A DNA stretch of 20,000 bases from IMG/VR virus record IMGVR_UViG_3300032030_000060; one strand, 5' to 3'. Shown here piece by piece: positions 1 to 6,694 of this stretch. Position 1 is the stretch's first letter. Each line of letters opens with the position of its first letter. The DNA is from an uncultured virus (IMG/VR IMGVR_UViG_3300032030_000060) (taxonomy: Duplodnaviria > Heunggongvirae > Uroviricota > Caudoviricetes). The position numbers were made by a program, and so were the translations under genes. A model generated the notes under the pieces. The model made no database searches, was not told the DNA's origin, and saw only the letters and a program-made list of their open reading frames with translations.

Positions 1-882
1 AAGGCACTTGAGCGTTCTGTCGACAAGTCGCTCGGAAAAGCAGAGACAGAAGCACGTCGCCTTGCCATCGCAAACAAAGAGGCCGAACTTGCGGAGTTAC
101 AACGACAGTTAACGCTCGAAAAGCGCAAACGCAAGAAAGATGAGGACAGCGATGCTATTGCGGACTATGAGAACCGTATCCAAGACCTCAAATACGAACT
201 TGAAGACCTGAACGACACTTTGGTGAGCGAGTTGCTCGGAAGCGACATCAAATCAGCGGCAGAAGGTTTCGTGGATGCGTGGGTAGGCGCATGGCGAGAG
301 GGCGAGACAACACTCGACGCTATCGAACAGAAAATGGATGAGATGATTATGAATCTCATCAAGAAAGCAGCGACATCCGCTATCGTGTCAAAGATACTCA
401 AGCCGTTGTACGATGCTGTTGACCAGTACACAAGCGAGGCATCTGAAGGCGGTGTAGAGATGACACAGAACGAGATTGCGGCACTCGCAGCGTTGAGCAA
501 GCAACTCGGTATTGACATCGATGTCGCATTAGGTGCTTATTACAAGAACCTTGAGCGCATCGGTGCGGTGTCACAGACTGTTGACGAGAGCAAGTCCCTC
601 AGCGCACTTCAAGCGGGCATCCAAGGAATCACCGAAGAGACCGCTGGGGCACTCGAAGCATACATGAACAGTGTATCGCAGCAAGTGTATCTCCACAGTG
701 ATTTGCTCACACAGATACGTGACGCTGTCGTTGCGTTCGACCTCGATGTAAGCACAGCGACGATAAGCCAGATTCTGTTGCAGTTACAGTCGTCGTACCA
801 AGTCCAGATGTCCATCAACAACATCCTGAGCGGTGTGCTGACACCAAACGGACGCTCATTCAGTGTGGAACTCGCAAGTTAA
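1..882 (+). CDS. Tail tape measure protein, C-terminal part (5' truncated by window edge)
   Basis: Frame 1 is open from base 1 (KALERSVDKSLGKAETEARRLAIANKEAELAELQRQL...) into the listed 220..882 ORF. It is Ala/Glu/Leu-rich and helical, with an 'LSALQAGIQGITEETAGALEAYMNSV' segment of the kind seen at tape-measure C-termini in Bacteroidota phages. Confidence 0.7.
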   Translation, partial: KALERSVDKSLGKAETEARRLAIANKEAELAELQRQLTLEKRKRKKDEDSDAIADYENRIQDLKYELEDLNDTLVSELLGSDIKSAAEGFVDAWVGAWREGETTLDAIEQKMDEMIMNLIKKAATSAIVSKILKPLYDAVDQYTSEASEGGVEMTQNEIAALAALSKQLGIDIDVALGAYYKNLERIGAVSQTVDESKSLSALQAGIQGITEETAGALEAYMNSVSQQVYLHSDLLTQIRDAVVAFDLDVSTATISQILLQLQSSYQVQMSINNILSGVLTPNGRSFSVELAS

Positions 883-889
883 AAGGGTT

Positions 890-1480
890 ATGGAAGACAA
901 AGTGTATTTCAACTTTGAGAAACAAGCGTACGGCGAGAACGGTCTGTGCGCTGAGTACAAAAACGAACTTCGACGTTGTCATCAAGACACGTCGAGGCTC
1001 GTTGCCCTATCGCTACGGCAACAGTCCATACCGTGGATGGCAACCAAAATCCGTGAGCGGCTCATACCTCTGGACTACATCAAGACGATGTGGAAAGACT
1101 ACATCAACGGATACGTGTTCCACAACTTGGACGGTGTTGATGGGTACACATACACGTGGTACGTGGACTACGACTACGACAACGACATCTGCGCAAGAGA
1201 GGATGTGGTGCATATCACACATACAGTAGGGCCAACGGTTGTGATACCAGAGACGAAATGCCCTGTCATCTACGTTGACAACCACAGCGACGTGCATATT
1301 GTGTGCGAGGGGTATAATATGCCAAAATTCTATCTCTTCGACAACTCACGCATCACCATAGAGGACACAGACGAAGAAAGCAACATCATCGTGTACAAAT
1401 ACAGCGGTGAGTGCAAAGTCAAAACGGAACGTTTCTGCCTATGCTCGGTGAGAGAATTTGACAAAGAATTGAGAATATAA
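890..1480 (+). CDS. Hypothetical phage protein downstream of tape measure; C-terminal half has beta-solenoid-like repeats
   Basis: ATG at 890 (MEDKVYFN) just after the upstream stop. Periodic V/I-x-V/I pattern (VIYVDNHSDVHIVCEG..FYLFDNSRITIED..IIVYKYSGECKVK). Confidence 0.75.
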   Translation: MEDKVYFNFEKQAYGENGLCAEYKNELRRCHQDTSRLVALSLRQQSIPWMATKIRERLIPLDYIKTMWKDYINGYVFHNLDGVDGYTYTWYVDYDYDNDICAREDVVHITHTVGPTVVIPETKCPVIYVDNHSDVHIVCEGYNMPKFYLFDNSRITIEDTDEESNIIVYKYSGECKVKTERFCLCSVREFDKELRI

Positions 1481-1494
1481 AAAATCTTTACAAT

Positions 1495-1980
1495 ATGAAT
1501 GATTCATCCAACAAGTATTATGTGAAAAAATCACGACAAAGTCAGTATTCCGACATCACATCGCTCTTTGACGGCGTCGCTGTGCTGAAACTTGAGGGAA
1601 TGCTCAACAAAGGAAAAGCGGTCAATATCTACACAGCACAGTGGATAGACACCCAAGAGGAGGATTTCGCAATCGGAACACTCGACGAACACGACAACCC
1701 GATTGTTGTCAGAGAGAACGGAAACGTGTCGCTGACGTTCATTATCCGACAAAAATACGCAGTTTCCACCATCGACATACAACAAACACACGAAAATTTC
1801 GTTAATTATATGACAACGTCCGATGTGTGGCTCAAAACCAACTACCTCGGCGGTCTCGAAGCACACTGCGTGTGTCTGGACGAATACGAACCAACGACAG
1901 TCAGCCTCAACAGAGGAGATAAATCATACATCATCGGGACGATGACGTTTCACATGCTCGATAAAGCATTTTCGGATTAG
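1495..1980 (+). CDS. Putative tail-associated (distal-tail-like) protein
   Basis: 161-aa beta-rich ORF after an A-rich leader. Function is inferred only from size and position after the tape measure gene. Confidence 0.5.
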   Translation: MNDSSNKYYVKKSRQSQYSDITSLFDGVAVLKLEGMLNKGKAVNIYTAQWIDTQEEDFAIGTLDEHDNPIVVRENGNVSLTFIIRQKYAVSTIDIQQTHENFVNYMTTSDVWLKTNYLGGLEAHCVCLDEYEPTTVSLNRGDKSYIIGTMTFHMLDKAFSD

Positions 1981-2144
1981 TTTATAGAAGTTGTAATTAT
2001 TCTTTGATTTGTCATTTTGCCATTTAATGTAATTTACGAAATGATACATGAGTTATTTTATTTTGATTTTGTTGTAAGGTGTTACGTCTAAACAGAATGA
2101 TTTTAGGGTATTTTTTTGTATTCTGTTTTTTACATTTTCACGCA

Positions 2145-2187
2145 CAAAAGGAGAATGCCGTTATCCGTGAGGACAGCGGCATTTCTC
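2145..2187 (-). terminator. Intrinsic terminator hairpin between convergent operons (possibly bidirectional)
   Basis: GAGAATGCCGTT (2151-2162) pairs with AGCGGCATTTCTC (2175-2187) around an inner TCC-GTGA-GGA hairpin. On the minus strand it is followed by CTTTTG. Confidence 0.65.
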
Positions 2188-2242
2188 TCAAAGTGCTAAT
2201 CAAACAGATAAAACAAAAAAAACAAAATGACTACAAACAAAG

Positions 2243-2599
2243 TCAAAATATGCTGTTCCATAAACGGATGTACCACGGCTGAGACAACTCGTCAATCAGA
2301 CAAGCAGCATCGCAAAGATTAGCCTTCAACGTCGAACACTCCTCAGCACGCTCCGACAACTCTTTCTTCAACATCTCGACCTGTCTGTGCAAGACATCCA
2401 GTTTCTGATTCAACTCCTTAACCAAAACCTCCGAACGCTGACGCTCGTCCAGCAACTCACTGATACACTTGTCTTGGTCTTTCACTCTGACACGGTAATT
2501 CTCGTTGTGCATCTTGTACTGTGCGCACGAACGACGCAACGCAACAACCTCTTGCTCCAACGTTAACTCACCACCACTCTCTTTCTTCTTAGATGACAT
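2243..2599 (-). CDS. Coiled-coil hypothetical protein
   Basis: ATG at 2599 (MSSKKKE; GTG at 2605 is an alternative). Heptad L/V pattern over ~90 aa with a C-terminal PWYIRLW motif. Confidence 0.75.
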   Translation of the reverse strand: MSSKKKESGGELTLEQEVVALRRSCAQYKMHNENYRVRVKDQDKCISELLDERQRSEVLVKELNQKLDVLHRQVEMLKKELSERAEECSTLKANLCDAACLIDELSQPWYIRLWNSIF

Positions 2600-2624
2600 A
2601 ACCACAAATATTTAAATATTAAAA

Positions 2625-3035
2625 CTAATCAAAATCACTCTCCATATAACCCTCTAAGTCTGGGACACCAGACGGATGCAACTCAGACTGCTTCACCATG
2701 CGAGACTCCATACGGCCAGACAAACGTGGTATCGAATACATGTTCATCGTCTGACCCAAAACAGTGTAACCGTCAACAACATCGCCGTGGACAACCGAAT
2801 AAGGCAACACATCACCCTTCACCTCAACAACCATACCACGGTTGAAATGATTGTTGATGTAGTTGACAAGACCCTGCTTGAAGAGAATGCGCCAAGACAA
2901 ATACTTGTCCTCAACAACAACACCATCACTCTTCTTGTAACCACGACGAAACTCCGACATGAAAACCATGCAACCACCACCATTCGGAAGATACTTGATA
3001 CCGTCAATGACACCGACCAATAAGAAACTCGCCAT
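2625..3035 (-). CDS. Single-stranded DNA-binding (OB-fold)-like protein
   Basis: ATG at 3035 (MASFLLVGVI). SSB-like pattern: LLVG at the N-terminus, 'GYKKSDG..EDKYLSWRILF', 'YINNHFNRGMVVEVKGDV' and an acidic tail (YMESDFD). Confidence 0.65.
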   Translation of the reverse strand: MASFLLVGVIDGIKYLPNGGGCMVFMSEFRRGYKKSDGVVVEDKYLSWRILFKQGLVNYINNHFNRGMVVEVKGDVLPYSVVHGDVVDGYTVLGQTMNMYSIPRLSGRMESRMVKQSELHPSGVPDLEGYMESDFD

Positions 3036-3172
3036 AAAATCGATTCTAAACCACTTTTTAAGCGTTCTGGCGCACGATAACCGTGAAGATGGGTAACTAC
3101 ACCACCGAAGCCGTTTTAACACGACACAGAGCGATTTTCACACATCATCGCCAGAAACATAAATTTAACCAG

Positions 3173-3205
3173 TGCAAATATAACAAACTTTGAATATAAA
3201 AACAA
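3173..3205 (-). promoter_or_regulatory. Bacteroidota sigma-A promoter driving the minus-strand ssb-like operon
   Basis: The minus strand reads TATATTTGCA (3182-3173), matching the -7 consensus TAnnTTTG, with TTG ~20 nt upstream (3205-3203). Confidence 0.55.
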
Positions 3206-3402
3206 GAGAATCCAACACAAATTTCAAAAACATCATTCAAACGCTCTCTAATCGATTGTAAGCGCACCAGACTATAAAGTACCCACAAACACAAAGAAAA
3301 TGCGCCAAAACGCCTTAAAAACGCCTTAAAACGAATGCTATCACACAATACAACTAAACATAAACAATAAAAACACAAAAATCATAAATACACAAGACGA
3401 TT

Positions 3403-4120
3403 TACACACATACACGCACACGCACACGTGCGCACACACGTAATACGTCAAGACTATTTTACTCGTCAAGACTTAAACACTATAAACGAACGATTTTGAC
3501 GTAAACTAAAAAAAACAGTATACTGAAATAATAATATACTTAACGACTAAATATCTGATAACATAATACGTAAATTCTTAATCTATATCTATTTTTTTCT
3601 TCAAAATTTATTTTTTTTAATTTTAAAAATTTTCTCTAAATTATTTTTTTTCTGGAAATAGTATATGCACCAACGGACTTTCGGCGGCGGCGTTATCCCC
3701 CACCCGTGCGCCTTGCGGCAGCGAAAACGGCCAAAAACCGACAAAAACCGACAAATATTTGTCCGCATTGAACATTATGCAAAAATATTTCTGCAAATTA
3801 CATTATATCAATAAGTTACAAAGATTTTTGTGCTTTCCCTTGCATTATTCCATGTGAGACGAAAAATGAATAAAAATTGTATATTTAACCGCTCTAAAAT
3901 TTGTCTATTTTGGGCTATCTATATCTATAATTTATAGTCTTACTTCTTATCTTCTTATCTTATCTTCTTACTATTATACTATAATACTATAATATTATTA
4001 TACTATAGTACTATTATAATAGTGTTATATTATAGTAATACACTATAGTTTATGATTTACATTTACAAATTTACATATATAAATATTTAAGAAATTAAAT
4101 TACAAATGTAAATCTTTACA
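3403..4120. repeat. AT-rich low-complexity control region with short tandem repeats
   Basis: CA/CG alternating tract at 3403-3441; A/T tracts at 3590-3652; AAAAACCGAC x2 at ~3733-3752; TCTTA/TCTTCTTA repeats at 3938-3971; TACTATA repeats at 3977-4048. No credible ORF. Confidence 0.7.
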
Positions 4121-4152
4121 CGCATATAATAAGGTACGTGATACGAGAGGAA

Positions 4153-4318
4153 TGAGTGTAATTTATACACTTAAAAAACTGTACGTTTCAATGAGTGTGA
4201 TTTATACACTCAATCTGCGCAGATCTGCTTTAAGTGTATTGTTTATACTTAATCGGCGGTCTGTTTTTGGTGTAATAATTACACTTATTATTCGGTTTAT
4301 GCGTAATTTTAACGCATA
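4153..4318. repeat. Array of five 21-bp imperfect palindromes (operator/iteron-like)
   Basis: TGAGTGTA-ATTTA-TACACTTA (4153), TGAGTGTG-ATTTA-TACACTCA (4192), TAAGTGTA-TTGTT-TATACTTA (4231), TTGGTGTA-ATAAT-TACACTTA (4267), TATGCGTA-ATTTT-AACGCATA (4298). Confidence 0.85.
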
Positions 4319-4438
4319 AAATAAAATATGAGAAAACTCAAAAAAAATTTTTGTTTATAAGTCGCTGAAAATCAATGAGTTACAGAAAACTCAAGAAAAA
4401 AAATGCATAGTGTTAACAAATTGGATACACTTTTTTTA

Positions 4439-4470
4439 TTGTTGGTTAAAAAAATATTTCTATCTTTGCA
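4439..4470 (+). promoter_or_regulatory. Bacteroidota sigma-A promoter (probable strong early promoter)
   Basis: TATCTTTGCA at 4461-4470 matches the -7 consensus TAnnTTTG. TTG at 4439-4444 is at -33-like spacing. Confidence 0.75.
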
Positions 4471-4475
4471 TCAGA

Positions 4476-5520
4476 ATTCAAAACGGAGACGGTGGCCGTT
4501 TAAAAAACACCGAGCTAATTAGGCTATTTGCTCTTTGATTTAGTTAACATACGGCTGAATGTTGAAGGCTGCGGCTAGTGCTGGTTATTTCTCCTCATGT
4601 GTGGTTTTTGATTGAGGTCTGCCGCAGCGGTTGCTTTTACATTGGAACAAGTAAACGTCAAATCATTCAGCTCAGAAAAGTTTGGAACGCGCCAAGGAAT
4701 TGGAGCGGAGCAAATAAGCGAAAAATCAGATTTAACCCAATTTTGTATTTTGGCTGCTTTTTCAGTGTTTTGCGAGTTACTTTTCCGACAATTACTTTGA
4801 GTGAGGGCTGCGGAACGGCATTTGCCTATTAATTCCCAATTGCCGCAGTTAGTTTTCCGAGTGATATTTTATCCGTTATTTTAGCCGTTTGTTTGGCAGA
4901 GTAATTTAGTAGGAAGACGTTGAAAACTTGGGCACAAGTAAGAAAAAGGAAAACGGGAAGTAACAAACACTACACAATTTGCGAGTGAAGGACGTAATTA
5001 CCGAAAAAATAAGTTTTATGTTCTTTGCGTAGGCAAAGTACAGTCTGCGAAGATATAGCAGATATTGCCCGTTGAAAGTGCAGTTAGGTGACAGTTGACT
5101 GCGATACGGGAGAGTTATTGATAATTAGTATTTAGAGAAACAAGTAAGTACTAAAATCACATGTTTAATTAATTGTGGCGAATACTATCAGCAGAACAAA
5201 TAAAACACCAAGTTTTGCGCCTATCATTATAGGTATTGTTTTGGTGTTTTTGTTTTGTCGTTTTTGCGCCGTTTGCACAAGTTTATTACTTGGGCGCAAA
5301 TAACGAGCAAGGACTATCATTATAGTCGTACTATAGTATTTCAATACGGACAAAATAGGTAGTTTAATTAAAAGATTGCAATCTATCTGAAAATCTTATT
5401 GTGTGTATATTTGCGGCGGGGCTGCGAAGTTATTTAGATAGCCAATTTCTGCACACGAATTGGAGAAAAATAAGTATTCCCCTTCCCGCTTACTGCGGGC
5501 CGCAAATAACTAATTAGAGT
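4476..5520 (+). ncRNA. Candidate large (~1,040 nt) multi-domain structured RNA
   Basis: More than 15 nested helices found by eye, a 5' H-type pseudoknot, a closing helix 4515-4522/5510-5517, G-U pairs favouring the + strand, and no credible ORF. It starts just after the promoter. Confidence 0.7.
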
Positions 5521-5565
5521 TTATTTATATTATACAATTAACTAAAATTTATAGGAGACAGAATT

Positions 5566-6084
5566 ATGAAAACTGCAAATGTAAATGTTATCAATGAGTT
5601 ACGTAAAAAGGTAGCAAACCTTGAGCGTAAAACCTACTCCCTCAATCAAGCGGCCAAGGCTCTGTCAGGTATCGGCACCGACGCAGAGAAAGAAGTCCTC
5701 GGAGTCAAGACGTTTTCACTCGCTGAAATCAAGGCTGCGTGGAGTACCAAACTTATGATAGACGGCGAAATGGGACTGTACATGACGCAGCCCTACACTA
5801 TGCTCGTGGAGGAGAAAGAAGTCCGCCTGTTTGAGAGAACAGAAGGCAAGAAGGGCGTGTCGTTCAGGGCATTGAGTGTCCGCCGTCTGCAAAAACCCGA
5901 GAAGTGGACGCCTGCCATCATCCTCGAGGGCTTGGTGCAGAGCAGATTCCCCGACTTGGCTGCGGAGGAGGCGGCAGATACATTTAAGCATGTGAATGAC
6001 GTCGACGTCATGTACCGCAAGGTCACCAAGAAGGATGCAAACGGATTCATGTCGGTCACCTTCGAGGAGGTTGACGCAGAATAA
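5566..6084 (+). CDS. Hypothetical protein (first gene of the + strand early region)
   Basis: 172-aa ORF with AGGAGA and an A/T-rich leader, coding-like codon usage. Confidence 0.85.
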   Translation: MKTANVNVINELRKKVANLERKTYSLNQAAKALSGIGTDAEKEVLGVKTFSLAEIKAAWSTKLMIDGEMGLYMTQPYTMLVEEKEVRLFERTEGKKGVSFRALSVRRLQKPEKWTPAIILEGLVQSRFPDLAAEEAADTFKHVNDVDVMYRKVTKKDANGFMSVTFEEVDAE

Positions 6085-6105
6085 CCGCAAATGTACGCAA
6101 GCACG

Positions 6106-6134
6106 GGACCTGGGCACGTCGGTAAACTACCCAG
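6106..6134 (+). ncRNA. Small H-type pseudoknot motif, copy 1
   Basis: GAC-CTGGGCAC-GTC-GGTAAAC-TACCCAG. Stem 1 is GAC/GTC; loop CTGGG pairs with CCCAG. Confidence 0.55.
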
Positions 6135-6199
6135 CGGTAACTCCACCTACGCACATGCGTAGTCCGTAGGCCAAGTCGGGATAAAGGAGGAGGTCGGCT
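6133..6199 (+). ncRNA. Twister self-cleaving ribozyme (P1-closed type)
   Basis: P1 AGCGG/TCGGCT, conserved U^AA (6138-6140), P2 CTCC/GGAG, P3 CTACGC/GCGTAG, P4 TCCG/CGGG with loop ...CCAAGT, ATAAA linker and GAGG. Pseudoknots are CC/GG and AC(6145-46)/GT(6175-76), a compensatory version of the usual GC/GC. Confidence 0.85.
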
Positions 6200-6211
6200 C
6201 ACTATCACGCA

Positions 6212-6352
6212 GGCCGCCGTGTCTGTGCTGATGGGGTTTTCGTTTGGCGTGGTTTGCTCCACTGATAGAGCCAAACTGCGCATATCAAGTCCGCAGGCAG
6301 GTGTGCCGCCTTCGGGAGAAGGTGCGTCGGGTCGGGTCTGACGGCGGGCACA
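6212..6352 (+). ncRNA. Unidentified multi-stem structured RNA with tRNA-like 3' closure
   Basis: CCGCC 6214-6218/GGCGG 6343-6347; GTTTGGC/GCCAAAC; GTGG/CCAC; TGCG/CGCA; GCCTTC/GAAGGT; a 5-bp stem with 7-nt loop GTCGG-GTCGGGT-CTGAC. Confidence 0.45.
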
Positions 6353-6407
6353 AGTATTTATTCACTAAAGCAGCCGCAGCCGCTCACGTGTGGGGGTGCA
6401 AAGTAAC

Positions 6408-6656
6408 ATGAAATTAAAACTTAATTTTTGCTCCGAGGTGCAGTGCGCCAAGGAATTTGCAGAATTTATAAACTCATGCACATTCCAAAACTTAACTGGA
6501 GGGATAATGGTCCTCCAAGTTATTAAAAACAAAATTGCAGTTTATGGCTGCAATTTGGACTGTAGCATCACAAACAATGTGATGTATATTGACGGCGAGC
6601 CAGCCGTAGATTTCGATAAAAGAGAAATATTAATAGACTACGCTTTTGATGAGTAA
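6408..6656 (+). CDS. Hypothetical protein
   Basis: ATG at 6408 (MKLKLNF) within the listed 6390..6656 ORF. Confidence 0.7.
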   Translation: MKLKLNFCSEVQCAKEFAEFINSCTFQNLTGGIMVLQVIKNKIAVYGCNLDCSITNNVMYIDGEPAVDFDKREILIDYAFDE

Positions 6657-6660
6657 GTCA

Positions 6661-6687
6661 CGTCCCGAGCATGACGCAAAACTGCTC
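6661..6687 (+). ncRNA. Small H-type pseudoknot motif, copy 2
   Basis: CGTC-CCGAGCAT-GACG-CAAAAC-TGCTC. Stem 1 is CGTC/GACG; stem 2 is GAGCA/TGCTC. Confidence 0.6.
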
Positions 6688-6694
6688 ACTGCAT

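Noticed and set aside
4153..4318. Mini-CRISPR array
   Set aside because: Repeats are only 21 bp and diverge, spacers are 18, 18, 15 and 10 bp (too short and uneven), and no cas genes are in view. Operator/iteron-type sites fit better.
4578..5353. ORFs 4578..4832, 4612..4800 and 5165..5353(-)
   Set aside because: Short, non-ATG starts, no leader and atypical composition. They overlap the helices of the candidate RNA and are likely spurious.
5406..5415. Internal promoter TATATTTGCG
   Set aside because: It matches the -7 consensus, but there is no well-spaced -33 TTTG and it is explained as the 5' strand of a 10-bp helix. It cannot be excluded, so it is not listed as a feature.
4476..5520. Group I/II intron, RNase P RNA or tmRNA identity for the large RNA
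   Set aside because: No GUGYG start or domain V/VI, no recognisable P7 core, no GAGGAAAGUCC and no tRNA-like ends. It also does not interrupt a gene.
6228..6270. Hammerhead ribozyme (CTGATG and CTGATAGAG resemble the CUGAUGA core)
   Set aside because: Neither matches CUGANGA exactly, and there is no correctly placed GAAA or three-stem junction.
6380..6410. Hatchet or twister-sister ribozyme fragment (GCTCACGTGTGGGGGTGCAAAG)
   Set aside because: Only short motif resemblance; the required helices are missing.
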